From sequence record OQ067376.1: a stretch of DNA of 64,000 nucleotides, one strand, 5' to 3'. The stretch is from Escherichia phage a51. Made by a program: the position numbers and the translations under genes. This document shows, piece by piece, positions 1 to 11,444 of this stretch. The notes beneath the pieces were generated by a model that made no database searches, was not told the origin of the DNA, and saw nothing but the letters and a program-made list of their open reading frames with translations. The first letter of the stretch is position 1. Every line of letters begins with the position of its first letter.

Positions 1-812
1 AGTCTATTAAAATACCCTGCGTCGCCAGGCTTAATATAACTCCACGTATGGAATGGATGCATCTGATGTGAGTGTGTATAATATGGATGATATGGATTAT
101 AAGGATTAAATCCAGGAGTTCTCCAAGTAGTGTTCCAACGAAAAGAATCGTTTTTAATCATCTTCTCAATTACATCTTTTATAACTTTTTCACTATCAAA
201 ACTTTCTTTATTTTCCTTCGATGGAAAAAGCTTATTCTCTACATCATTCCATGTATAAACTCGCTGTGCAGTTTTTGGAATACTGTCACGTTCCCCTCGA
301 GCCATCCAATAAACAGGAACATTTAATATTTCACTTGCGTGATCGCAGTGGTGAGCGAGATCGTCAATATAACAAATTACGTTATATTTTTCTTTTGCCT
401 TTTTGAACAACTCTTCTTTTGAAGAATCATGACCACACATCAGTACTTCTGAGAAGGCACCAGGAAAAAGAGCATTCAAATTAAATTGACGATTCAGCAG
501 AGCGTCAATAGAATCACCCAATGCTGTAACAGCTACAAAATTATAATCTTCTTTTAATTTGTTAATTACACACAGGGCATCTTTATATGGAGACAAGTAT
601 CGAATAAAATCCGAACGATTGTATTTTTCAATTAGCTTAACGCCAAGTTCTTCATCGCAATTAAATAGTTTACCAGGAGAAATAAATTTCTCATCCTGGA
701 TCATTTTTAAAATATGTTCTAACGGAAGATTATATTTCTGAGCAAAATAAGGAAGGCCTGATTGCCAGCTTAAACATACTCCATCAATATCAGTTAAAAT
801 AGTAGGCTTCAT
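1..812 (-). CDS. hypothetical protein, partial (3' end lies beyond window start); HAD-like DxDG motif at N-terminus
   Basis: Own translation of minus strand from ATG at 812 (MKPTILTDIDGVCLSWQSG...) stays open to position 1; ATGA overlap with upstream stop at 809-811; absent from ORF track because the stop is outside the window. Confidence 0.5.
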   Translation of the reverse strand, partial: MKPTILTDIDGVCLSWQSGLPYFAQKYNLPLEHILKMIQDEKFISPGKLFNCDEELGVKLIEKYNRSDFIRYLSPYKDALCVINKLKEDYNFVAVTALGDSIDALLNRQFNLNALFPGAFSEVLMCGHDSSKEELFKKAKEKYNVICYIDDLAHHCDHASEILNVPVYWMARGERDSIPKTAQRVYTWNDVENKLFPSKENKESFDSEKVIKDVIEKMIKNDSFRWNTTWRTPGFNPYNPYHPYYTHSHQMHPFHTWSYIKPGDAGYFNR

Positions 813-1267
813 AGAGAGTCTCTTAATAGGTTTAACACATCAATAAATTCAGCTTCGGTTAGTATTGTATCATCTTTTGTTAGACCACTAGCCATGCTGT
901 GCTTCAAAATTTTTCCTTTCGAGGCTTGTAATGCATCACGGAAGCCCTTGTTTTGGATCGCTGCTTCAAAATATGCATTTGTGTATAATTCTTTCCACGC
1001 CGGGGAGTATCTTGAAAATGGAACTCCAAGCCAGAAGAGGGTCCCACGGTCCTGAGCTCTTGCATAAGACCTTCCAGCTTGTTGGGCGGCAAGCCCGGAT
1101 AACCCAAATATACGACGTTGTTGTTCAACATTTTTCACTTTGCATCCTTGGAGGAATCCTTCAAGACCTCCAAATTGAATGCCATCCATAACGAAAGGCC
1201 AATGGGCGAAATTACTTAATGCACATGATGGCCACCTAAAATTGCTTCTAATCTCTAACTCAGACAT
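809..1267 (-). CDS. hypothetical protein (T4 30.x-region type)
   Basis: ORF track 809..1273 (154 aa); first ATG is at 1267 (MSELEIRSNF...), the track start at 1273 is TTG. Confidence 0.5.
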   Translation of the reverse strand: MSELEIRSNFRWPSCALSNFAHWPFVMDGIQFGGLEGFLQGCKVKNVEQQRRIFGLSGLAAQQAGRSYARAQDRGTLFWLGVPFSRYSPAWKELYTNAYFEAAIQNKGFRDALQASKGKILKHSMASGLTKDDTILTEAEFIDVLNLLRDSL

Positions 1268-1468
1268 TTTCAATGCTTATAATTTCAACATCAGCCCAAT
1301 GACCATAGCAAGGAAGACGAAATTCAACTGGCCAGTTAGGGTCCTTTTCTAATATAATAGACTCAACTTGCGGTTCTTCATGTTCATCAGTATATGGATT
1401 TTTATCTGTTACTTTATATGTGAGACCTTAATGTACTGAATTCCAAAAATCTTATTAATTATATTCAT
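1263..1468 (-). pseudogene. small gene apparently split between two reading frames (19-codon ORF 1412-1468 plus start-less 55-codon open frame 1263-1427)
   Basis: Own translation: MNIINKIFGIQYIKVSHIK* then, in the -1 frame, GLTYKVTDKNPYTDEHEEPQVESIILEKDPNWPVEFRLPCYGHWADVEIISIENV* with no ATG/GTG/TTG start; fills an otherwise unexplained 190 nt gap. Confidence 0.3.
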
Positions 1469-1662
1469 ACTATTTCCTTTAATCCGTAGATAGGAGATAA
1501 TTCATCACCCATACGAAGGTCTTCATTTCCATCTACCCAGAAAACAATATAAGCCTCTTTTATTTGAATACCACTCCATTTAAACGGAGGTAGAACCTTA
1601 GAAATTAATCCAGGTATACCAACTCCCTTTAATTCAACAGTTTGACCTAAAAAGAATTTCAT
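1465..1662 (-). CDS. hypothetical protein (65 aa)
   Basis: ORF track; tight packing with neighbours. Confidence 0.45.
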   Translation of the reverse strand: MKFFLGQTVELKGVGIPGLISKVLPPFKWSGIQIKEAYIVFWVDGNEDLRMGDELSPIYGLKEIV

Positions 1663-2000
1663 TAAAACCTCATCTGAAAACCGTGCGATTTAACATTACC
1701 GCCATTAATATCAGAACTATTAATTTCACGTGCAATTGAGGGATCAATGTCAATTTCGCGATTGAGTTTAGTGATAGCTAAAGTATCGCGCCCATTTACA
1801 GTACGGAACTCTAAAGGGCAGACTACATTAACGTAGTTTTTAATCGATTCACTGGTAGGTTGCAAATGTGCAGGAAGGTCTTTAGGCGCCTTTGAGAAAA
1901 CTACTTCGCAGAAGTTTTTACGGGTATCAAAATAAGTAGTCATAAACATAACATTTTCCTCAGTAAGGGGCCAAAGCCCCTCATTTATTTTAAATATCAA
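1662..2000 (-). CDS. hypothetical protein (112 aa)
   Basis: ORF track; start overlaps upstream stop. Confidence 0.5.
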   Translation of the reverse strand: MIFKINEGLWPLTEENVMFMTTYFDTRKNFCEVVFSKAPKDLPAHLQPTSESIKNYVNVVCPLEFRTVNGRDTLAITKLNREIDIDPSIAREINSSDINGGNVKSHGFQMRF

Positions 2001-2367
2001 ATTCGTTAAGAACTACATCAAAGATTGCTTCAAGATGCTCAGGTTTAGCTCTGTTACTCAGAATATGACGAATCCAAGTTTTAACCAAAAGCTTGCGATT
2101 AACGCCATTCCAGCAAGGATGAGTCCCTAAATCGCGTTCACGGAAATCATCATCCAGAGCGATTTTAAAGTTGGAACCTTCCATCGTGATTGAAACCGTG
2201 ATACCGTTTTCAAATCGCATATAAACGTAATTAGGAGTCATATACTGCTCAATTTCGCATACTGATCCATTTTGATGTTTCCAAAGGCAAATAGTATCAA
2301 TAGAACCTGCAATACCGTTAGAAACATATTTACGTTCAAAGTTGATGTAGTTCATTTTATTCTCCAA
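1990..2367 (-). CDS. hypothetical protein (125 aa)
   Basis: ORF track; preceded by early-type promoter. Confidence 0.5.
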   Translation of the reverse strand: MENKMNYINFERKYVSNGIAGSIDTICLWKHQNGSVCEIEQYMTPNYVYMRFENGITVSITMEGSNFKIALDDDFRERDLGTHPCWNGVNRKLLVKTWIRHILSNRAKPEHLEAIFDVVLNEFDI

Positions 2368-2389
2368 GATGTTTAATTGCGGTACAGGT

Positions 2390-2420
2390 ATATAATATCA
2401 TATCCTGTACCAAAGTAAAC
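2390..2420 (-). promoter_or_regulatory. T4 early-type promoter (GTTTAC -35, TATTAT -10, 17 nt spacer)
   Basis: Minus-strand read gtttactttggtacaggatatgatattatata; plus strand shows gtaaac at 2415-2420. Confidence 0.5.
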
Positions 2421-2422
2421 AA

Positions 2423-2755
2423 TTATTTTACTACTTTCCAATGCTGCATGTCAAGTTTACCAACTTTTTTCATCTTCTCAATTAAGCGTTCGGCACGTTG
2501 GCGAGCTGTAACATAATACCATTCACCTAATTCATTTTGTTCAATTTTTCCAACGATTACTGTATTCAATTCATAAATCCAACCAGTAAAGAAATTATGA
2601 ACTTGAATTGTAAAGGTGAAATCTGTTCCCATACCTTCTGTTGTTTCTACTTCAATAATATCACCTTCAACTGCCATTAAGAACCACATAGTTTCATCAT
2701 ATTTACCATTGAAGCATTTAGTTTTAACTGCAGCGTTCAGATTAATCGTTTTCAT
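2423..2755 (-). CDS. hypothetical protein (110 aa)
   Basis: ORF track; promoter immediately upstream. Confidence 0.5.
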   Translation of the reverse strand: MKTINLNAAVKTKCFNGKYDETMWFLMAVEGDIIEVETTEGMGTDFTFTIQVHNFFTGWIYELNTVIVGKIEQNELGEWYYVTARQRAERLIEKMKKVGKLDMQHWKVVK

Positions 2756-2780
2756 TTTATTCTCCTTTGTTTGTGTAAGA

Positions 2781-2812
2781 TAATACTATCACAAAGGAAC
2801 CATACTGTAAAC
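2781..2812 (-). promoter_or_regulatory. T4 early-type promoter
   Basis: gtaaac at 2807-2812 (plus) with ATACTA/TAGTAT-type -10 region 2781-2792. Confidence 0.45.
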
Positions 2813-2830
2813 AACTTTATGCAATCTTTG

Positions 2831-2861
2831 GAAAATAAAAAAGGACTCCCGAAGGAGTCCT
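2831..2861 (-). terminator. rho-independent terminator (8 bp stem, CGAA/TTCG loop, T-run on minus strand)
   Basis: aggactcccgaaggagtcct at 2842-2861 preceded on plus strand by aaaataaaaaa; identical hairpin recurs at 55828-55847. Confidence 0.6.
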
Positions 2862-2865
2862 CAAC

Positions 2866-3042
2866 TTATGCTTTCTGCTTACCAAAACGAGAAGCATCAT
2901 CTCGAAGAACCGCACGTGCTCGGCGCATGATCTTCTCAACAGTTTGATTGATACGAGAGTTCGACCCACGCTTGTAGCCAGCGCGTTTAGAATCACCAAC
3001 TTTCTTTTCAACTGCTTTCTTTGCTTTAGCTTGTTTTGCCAT
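2866..3042 (-). CDS. small highly basic protein (58 aa, MAKQAKAKKAVEKK...)
   Basis: ORF track 2866..3084; internal ATG at 3042 preferred because the upstream extension lacks a ribosome-binding site. Confidence 0.5.
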   Translation of the reverse strand: MAKQAKAKKAVEKKVGDSKRAGYKRGSNSRINQTVEKIMRRARAVLRDDASRFGKQKA

Positions 3043-3440
3043 TATAAATTCTCTTTTAAATGAAAATGCAGGACTTATTGGCATTGCCTGCGCAAGCCCT
3101 CAAGGGGAACATAGGTTTTTTGATATTTAACGACCAGGATAACCATAAACCCGTCATCATACCTTATAGCTCTTATCTGTTGCACACCGTTAGCTTAAAG
3201 GTTCCGGGTTCGATTTCTCGAGGATAAGATATATACTGATGGATATATAGGCCTTGAGGCGTACTCCCGATTGGCCATCACCTCGGGGTAGCATGCACTT
3301 GCCGCTATAAGAATAACATTCAAGAGGTACACCGTAAAACTGCCGGGGTCTTAAAACTATAATGATTCGCAAATCATTAATCAGACAGTTCGACGGCTCC
3401 TCGTTTTAACTTCACACTAAGGCAGTGACTCTCCAATAAA

Positions 3441-3689
3441 TTACTTCAGTGTTACCACAAAGTGACGAACTGCTTTTCGTGCAGCAGAAGCCAGAGGCTT
3501 AGCATATTTAAGTTCATCTTTTTCCTGAAGCTCAGCAGCTAATGCAGTTTGAGCAGGATTCAGATGTTTGAAATAACGCAGGATTTCAAGAGCTTCGGCT
3601 TCAACATCAATAGATGCGCCATAGTTTTCGTGACCATTATTCCATGCGTTTCGTTGCAGTTCAAGAGCGTGTTGTAATTGTTTAATCAT
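3441..3689 (-). CDS. rIII: rIII lysis-inhibition accessory protein
   Basis: 82 aa ORF, length and position (adjacent to gene 31) match T4 rIII. Confidence 0.8.
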   Translation of the reverse strand: MIKQLQHALELQRNAWNNGHENYGASIDVEAEALEILRYFKHLNPAQTALAAELQEKDELKYAKPLASAARKAVRHFVVTLK

Positions 3690-3827
3690 TTAAAATTCTC
3701 ATTAGAGATTAAAACTCGGTAGTCACGTTCTTCTGAATTTCATCTTCTTTCGACAGATCTCTCAGTTGTAGACCACCACGTAGAATTGTTCGGTTAACTT
3801 ATTATTCCGACACCCAATTCATATTAT

Positions 3828-3835
3828 TATTTATA
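3828..3835 (-). promoter_or_regulatory. late-promoter-like TATAAATA box upstream of rIII
   Basis: plus strand tatttata at 3828-3835 = TATAAATA on minus strand, directly after gene 31 stop. Confidence 0.3.
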
Positions 3836-4171
3836 TCACTTATAAAGACACGGAATAGCTTTATAGTGACAAGTAACGAATTTTTGTTTAATTTCTTTTG
3901 GCTGCTTAAGACCCAGAGCTACAAAAGGATGCGGAACGTTTCGAATTTGACCAACTGGAAGAGAAGTCAAATCACCAACTTCGCAGAAACCTTCAGGAAC
4001 ATCAGGACCAACAGAGTGAACTACACACAGTTCAGGAACTTCACCTTGAACACGTTTACCGATAATGAGTCCTGATTCTGTAACTTCTTCATCACCGGCT
4101 TGCGCAGGTTCAGAAACTAAAATAACATATTCACCGACAGCACGAATTGGTAGCTGTTGTACTTCAGACAT
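3836..4171 (-). CDS. 31: gp31 co-chaperonin (GroES-like)
   Basis: 111 aa ORF, sequence recognised as T4 gp31; position between rIII and cd. Confidence 0.9.
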
Positions 4172-4227
4172 CGTTTTTCCTTTTTGTTAACAGATGAATT
4201 AATAATAACAAATAATTCTTAAAGCAT

Positions 4228-4536
4228 TTATTTACCAATAAATTGAAGCAAATGCTCAACTTTCATACCATTAACAGAAATCAATTTGTCAATAGAAAAA
4301 CCTCGCCATGCACCAAGTTCAACATCAAATACTGGAATCATATCAGTAGATTCTTTCCGAGTAGATTCAGTCAATTTACCGGTTTGCATGGTTGGCATAA
4401 AGTCTGCATCACGAGTGCCTTTCATAGTACGAATAGTACCGTCAGACTTTTCAAAAACTACATTTGAAATACCCATGGACAATTTAGTTTTCAAAATTTC
4501 ACGAATTGCTATTTTTTGTTCAGTCGTCAGTTTCAT
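4228..4536 (-). CDS. hypothetical protein (102 aa)
   Basis: ORF track. Confidence 0.5.
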   Translation of the reverse strand: MKLTTEQKIAIREILKTKLSMGISNVVFEKSDGTIRTMKGTRDADFMPTMQTGKLTESTRKESTDMIPVFDVELGAWRGFSIDKLISVNGMKVEHLLQFIGK

Positions 4537-4773
4537 TTATTTACCTATTACAGTTTTAATATGAGTTGTTCCACGTTCTTTAAGAGTGGAAAGTAATTTT
4601 TGGCATTTTTCTAAATCAGATTTCCAACTATGTGGTCTATCAATACAAACCCAGTTTGACTTATAATACTGCTTCCATTTAGAGAAAAAATACTTCTTAT
4701 ACTCTACAGCAAATGAAATGTTCTCGTTGGAATAAGAACTAATTGCTGTGAGCTGTACCAAACGAAATTTCAT
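4537..4773 (-). CDS. hypothetical protein (78 aa)
   Basis: ORF track. Confidence 0.5.
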   Translation of the reverse strand: MKFRLVQLTAISSYSNENISFAVEYKKYFFSKWKQYYKSNWVCIDRPHSWKSDLEKCQKLLSTLKERGTTHIKTVIGK

Positions 4774-5354
4774 TATTCACCACAGAATTCGTTGATATTT
4801 TCCCAGTTTAACTTATTTAAGTTTTTCTTAGGAACATTAAACACTTCAATACCTGCATTTCGCAGAATATCATCCCAGCCAGGTTTATTTTTATCGTATG
4901 TTTCACAATAAACCAGCTTTTTAATTCCAGATTGAGCTATTGCTTTTGCACAATCTGGGCAAGGAGAAAGTGTTACATACATAGTAGCACCTTCAATTGA
5001 AGAACCGTTTCGTGCAGCAAACAAAATCGCATTTAGTTCAGCATGAATTTCATTTTTAGACGACCATTCAGAGTGCGCGCTACGATGTTCTTTCGCCAAT
5101 ACAAAACGATCAGTTGAACCAAACGATACACATTCAGGCTTATGACCTTGAATGATAGTATGTTTAGGCTTATTCAGCAACCAACCTTGCTCAGCAGCAT
5201 AATCACAGCAGTTCACACCACCTGCAGGTGAACCATTATATCCAGTAGAAATAATACGTCCATTCTTTTCAATTACTGCTCCTACTTTCCAGGAGCAACA
5301 TTTTGATTCTTGTGATACTAAATATGCAATTTGAAGTACTGTACTCGCTTTCAT
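4773..5354 (-). CDS. cd: dCMP deaminase
   Basis: 193 aa ORF with cytidine/dCMP deaminase zinc-binding motifs (HAE...PCxxC). Confidence 0.9.
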   Translation of the reverse strand: MKASTVLQIAYLVSQESKCCSWKVGAVIEKNGRIISTGYNGSPAGGVNCCDYAAEQGWLLNKPKHTIIQGHKPECVSFGSTDRFVLAKEHRSAHSEWSSKNEIHAELNAILFAARNGSSIEGATMYVTLSPCPDCAKAIAQSGIKKLVYCETYDKNKPGWDDILRNAGIEVFNVPKKNLNKLNWENINEFCGE

Positions 5355-5689
5355 TTCATAATCACCAGATAAGCAGATTTAGCAGTTTCAACACGATAAA
5401 TTTCGTGACGAAGTTTAGTTATACTTTTAATAACAGAACTAATTATATTCTGCCCATCTTTAAAGCGGTTTTTCTTATCAATAAAAATTGCGCCAACCAT
5501 CTTTTTGTGAAGCTCAACCGGATACTTCGTCACAATAATAGCATCATACACAGAAGGATGAATACTATTCACCAGAGTATCATTCATTAAAGTTATTCTA
5601 ATGAACTGTGCTGTTTCAGAATCAAGCGCTCTATGATCGCCAGTATCATTTTCAAGACAATTATCAAATATATCAGTTAAATTCATCAT
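5351..5689 (-). CDS. hypothetical protein (112 aa)
   Basis: ORF track; 4 nt overlap with cd. Confidence 0.5.
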   Translation of the reverse strand: MMNLTDIFDNCLENDTGDHRALDSETAQFIRITLMNDTLVNSIHPSVYDAIIVTKYPVELHKKMVGAIFIDKKNRFKDGQNIISSVIKSITKLRHEIYRVETAKSAYLVIMK

Positions 5690-5922
5690 AGTACGCCATA
5701 CACCCTTTGTGCTTCAACTAATCCATCAAAATCCAATTTGAGATGTGTTATTTGGTCACCATCACCTGGATTCACAATTACTAATACCGAACGAGGAGTT
5801 TCGGTAATAACACGAACCGACGTTTCAGGAAATCGTTCAGAAACCTTATTTACCAATTCTTGAGCAAATAGTTTAACTTTTTCTTGGAATTCTTTAACAG
5901 TAATTGGTTTTTCGCTTAGCAT
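5686..5922 (-). CDS. hypothetical protein (78 aa)
   Basis: ORF track. Confidence 0.5.
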   Translation of the reverse strand: MLSEKPITVKEFQEKVKLFAQELVNKVSERFPETSVRVITETPRSVLVIVNPGDGDQITHLKLDFDGLVEAQRVYGVL

Positions 5923-6443
5923 GTTGATCCTAGCTCCTTACTTTCAACATTTTTAACTAATTTGACAGAAACTAATTCAGCATCTTGGGTAATCATTACC
6001 GGACCTTCTTCATACTCTTCAAGATATTCTAGAGCTTTCTTTTTAGCTTCTTCCTTCGTATCAGTTTGAGCATAGATATAAAACATACAACCAGTAATAC
6101 CTACTACTTTCCACTTAATTTCTTTATCAGTTTTAATTTCAAATTTACTTACAGAATCATCTTTTTGAACTTCTTCGAAAAAAGAATATTCTAACATATA
6201 AGCAATTGAAAATAACGGGCTAACTTTATAGGATTCACCCATTACATCAACAGCTTTATACCAACAATCATCAATTTCACGTTTAATGCTAATAACATTT
6301 TTCGCAGGATCTATTTTTACTTTAAATGAATTTTCCCCAATAAACTGGGCAATTCGTTTATTAGCCCCGCAAGTTTCATTAAAAATATCTTTATACCCAG
6401 TTTTAAAGCGATAAACCTTATCTTCTTCAAACCATTCGCTCAT
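5916..6443 (-). CDS. hypothetical protein (175 aa)
   Basis: ORF track. Confidence 0.5.
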   Translation of the reverse strand: MSEWFEEDKVYRFKTGYKDIFNETCGANKRIAQFIGENSFKVKIDPAKNVISIKREIDDCWYKAVDVMGESYKVSPLFSIAYMLEYSFFEEVQKDDSVSKFEIKTDKEIKWKVVGITGCMFYIYAQTDTKEEAKKKALEYLEEYEEGPVMITQDAELVSVKLVKNVESKELGSTC

Positions 6444-6469
6444 TTCAATTTCCTCGTTTGTTTTGGTAG

Positions 6470-6503
6470 AGCTATAATATCACAACTCTACCGTAAAGTA
6501 AAC
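6470..6503 (-). promoter_or_regulatory. T4 early-type promoter
   Basis: gtaaac at 6498-6503 (plus) and gctataatatcac -10 region. Confidence 0.45.
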
Positions 6504-6504
6504 T

Positions 6505-6810
6505 TTAAATTGCTTTGAATTCTGATGTCTGTGATTCAAAGCGAATATCGCCTTTGATGACTAGCTCAGCATCAAGACCGAATACGACAATGATATGCGC
6601 GGAACCTGGATACAACGTGATGGCAACAGAATCCACCTGGTCTGGAAGCAAAGTGTTCAATACATGAGTCACTTGAGCATGGATTCGAAGCTCAGCTGCG
6701 TTATCAAGTTTTTCAAACATATTATTAGCGATAATTTGGCTAAACACTACTTCTACGATTTTAGAGTAAGTCGGAAACATATTTACCTCACATAATTTTC
6801 TTCGAGCCAA
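6505..6810 (-). CDS. hypothetical protein (101 aa)
   Basis: ORF track. Confidence 0.5.
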   Translation of the reverse strand: MARRKLCEVNMFPTYSKIVEVVFSQIIANNMFEKLDNAAELRIHAQVTHVLNTLLPDQVDSVAITLYPGSAHIIVVFGLDAELVIKGDIRFESQTSEFKAI

Positions 6811-6983
6811 TCAATAACATCCAAAGCGTTATCAAAAGTTGCGCCATCTACTTTGTCTTCTGTTTCATAATCAAGAACATCTAGGCCTACTCTTCCGTCA
6901 ACAATAGGCCATAGACAAAATAGATATTTCTTTTCTTTTTCAATTTTATCACAAAGACGATAAATCTTTTCTAGGTTATTCAT
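6783..6983 (-). CDS. hypothetical protein (66 aa)
   Basis: ORF track. Confidence 0.45.
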   Translation of the reverse strand: MNNLEKIYRLCDKIEKEKKYLFCLWPIVDGRVGLDVLDYETEDKVDGATFDNALDVIDWLEENYVR

Positions 6984-7172
6984 ACGTTTTCCATGGTAAA
7001 GGCAGTTTAGTTTTCTTTACTACTAGTTCAACATCAGGATTCTTTTCTCTTAATTTAAGGCATTCCTCCCATGCTCTATTTTCACTAGTAAATACACAAA
7101 ATTGCCCATTACTAGTACCAACTAAACCGCTATTTACAATAACAATAGCCCAAGTTTCATGGTGCCAAGCCA

Positions 7173-7173
<1 letters not shown>
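6976..7173 (-). CDS. hypothetical protein (65 aa)
   Basis: ORF track. Confidence 0.45.
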
Positions 7174-8394
<1,221 letters not shown>

Positions 8395-8398
<4 letters not shown>

Positions 8399-8625
8399 TT
8401 ATTTTTCTCAACTAATGATTGAATATAATCATGCAGGTCTTTAGATGCTTTACCCCACTTATTTTGATATTCATTTTTGAGATTAGCACGGGATTGAGCT
8501 AATAAAACATCATTAGTTGGAGGTAAAGATTCTAACCGCTGAATCTGGCGTCCATAAATCATTGCAGCCATCTCGGATTCATAAATCAATCCTTTGAGAT
8601 GTTCAAATTGATGCCATGAAATCAT
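8395..8625 (-). CDS. hypothetical protein (76 aa)
   Basis: ORF track. Confidence 0.5.
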
Positions 8626-8921
8626 TTACATTTATCCTCTTTTAACTCTTGACGATAATAACATATCATAGTTTTTTGGTCATGTACATATCGTTTTACA
8701 TCATTAAGCCAAATACGAAATTCCTGGGAATCTTCAAATGGCATACCGACCCAAGCTTTACCATCAATAACTTTAACTTGCCAAGATAGTTTAGCTTCAT
8801 CATATGACTTTATCTGTACAGGCCAATTAGGATGAACTGTTTCTTTCTTTACTTCTAGAGGCTTTGTCGAACAACCAGCTAGAAGACCGATAGATAATAT
8901 TACTGCTGATAGTCTAATCAT
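8622..8921 (-). CDS. o-spanin-like outer-membrane lipoprotein (T4 pseT.2 type)
   Basis: Signal peptide with lipobox LLAGC; overlaps i-spanin-like gene by 4 nt. Confidence 0.6.
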   Translation of the reverse strand: MIRLSAVILSIGLLAGCSTKPLEVKKETVHPNWPVQIKSYDEAKLSWQVKVIDGKAWVGMPFEDSQEFRIWLNDVKRYVHDQKTMICYYRQELKEDKCK

Positions 8922-9271
8922 TTAGAAAGGTCCTGGATGTCTTCTGCGAACTTGTTGAAGGAGTTGTTGATTTGTTTTTCAACCAATCCTGGCTTACGAG
9001 CCACCACATCCGCCTTCTTTGCATCTTTGCGCAGTTTTTCATTTTCACGCTCAATAGCAGCAATCGCCTCACGATTTTTATTATTCATCGCATCAATATA
9101 ATTATACTGAATTCGCAAATTATTTAATGCTAAGGCGTTTTCATTGGCCGTTTTTGTAATTTCTACAACAGACGTTTCTAATCTTTCAATTTTATTTTTT
9201 AAAATTAAAGAAGTTCCGCCTAATGCAATTACAATTAATAGCAAACCTGCTGTCGTATTACTTAATTGCAT
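8918..9271 (-). CDS. i-spanin-like protein (T4 pseT.3 type)
   Basis: N-terminal transmembrane helix then coiled-coil-like sequence; sits immediately upstream of the lipoprotein gene. Confidence 0.6.
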   Translation of the reverse strand: MQLSNTTAGLLLIVIALGGTSLILKNKIERLETSVVEITKTANENALALNNLRIQYNYIDAMNNKNREAIAAIERENEKLRKDAKKADVVARKPGLVEKQINNSFNKFAEDIQDLSK

Positions 9272-9768
9272 AAAGTTTTAATAACCTCTATAATATCGTC
9301 TTGAGAAAGACCGTTAATTAAAATATGATGTTCAGCCGGAGATTTAGAAATTTTAAAGCATGCCTCAACATCTTCTGCCATATCCGATGCGCTACGATTT
9401 GGATTACTAATTCCAAGACGATGTTTTCCCGTTAAAGGATTAACGATGATATAGCATTTACAGTTGTTAATATGAACATTAGGTTGAGTCTGATTAATGA
9501 ACACTTCACAATCATACTTAGCGAGTTGATTTTCTAAAAAGACTTTCATCTCTTCAACCGCATCAGGAAGCATATCACGGGCTTGCTCAAGACGACGATT
9601 TTGATATTCTTTAATGGTCGTTTTCCGCTTGACTTGCTTAGCTAAATCTTTCTTAAGATCAGTGATATATCCAACTCGACGGTTTCCTTTAAATACAGAA
9701 ATCCCATCTGTAGTATCACCGTATGCTTCAACGACCATTTCAGTAGTAATGAGCTGCAAATCCATCAT
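9262..9768 (-). CDS. alc: Alc, inhibitor of host transcription
   Basis: 168 aa ORF between pseT region and rnlA, size and position as T4 alc. Confidence 0.7.
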   Translation of the reverse strand: MMDLQLITTEMVVEAYGDTTDGISVFKGNRRVGYITDLKKDLAKQVKRKTTIKEYQNRRLEQARDMLPDAVEEMKVFLENQLAKYDCEVFINQTQPNVHINNCKCYIIVNPLTGKHRLGISNPNRSASDMAEDVEACFKISKSPAEHHILINGLSQDDIIEVIKTLCN

Positions 9769-9794
9769 AAAGTCCTCATGTTATGTCAGTAAGA

Positions 9795-9826
9795 CTACTG
9801 TAACACAACACGAGGGACTTGTAAAC
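9795..9826 (-). promoter_or_regulatory. possible early-type promoter upstream of alc
   Basis: gtaaac at 9821-9826 (plus); -10 region is a weaker match. Confidence 0.35.
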
Positions 9827-9829
9827 AGC

Positions 9830-11417
<1,588 letters not shown>

Positions 11418-11444
11418 AATAAAATGGGCCTTGCGGCCCACTCC

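Noticed and set aside
72-741. Plus-strand ORFs 72-326, 221-406 and 559-741
   Set aside because: They lie antisense to a continuous minus-strand gene running off the window start; low-complexity translations.
3195-3225. tRNA-like T-arm motif (ggttccgggttcgatttctcgagg)
   Set aside because: No complementary stem for a T-arm and no acceptor stem pairing that I could find; left as part of the island finding.
3190-3372. 60 aa minus-strand ORF (MRIIIVLRPRQFYGVPLECYSYSG...) inside the GC-rich island
   Set aside because: Arg/Pro-rich composition typical of a chance ORF in GC-rich DNA, no ribosome-binding site, unlike the neighbouring coding sequences.
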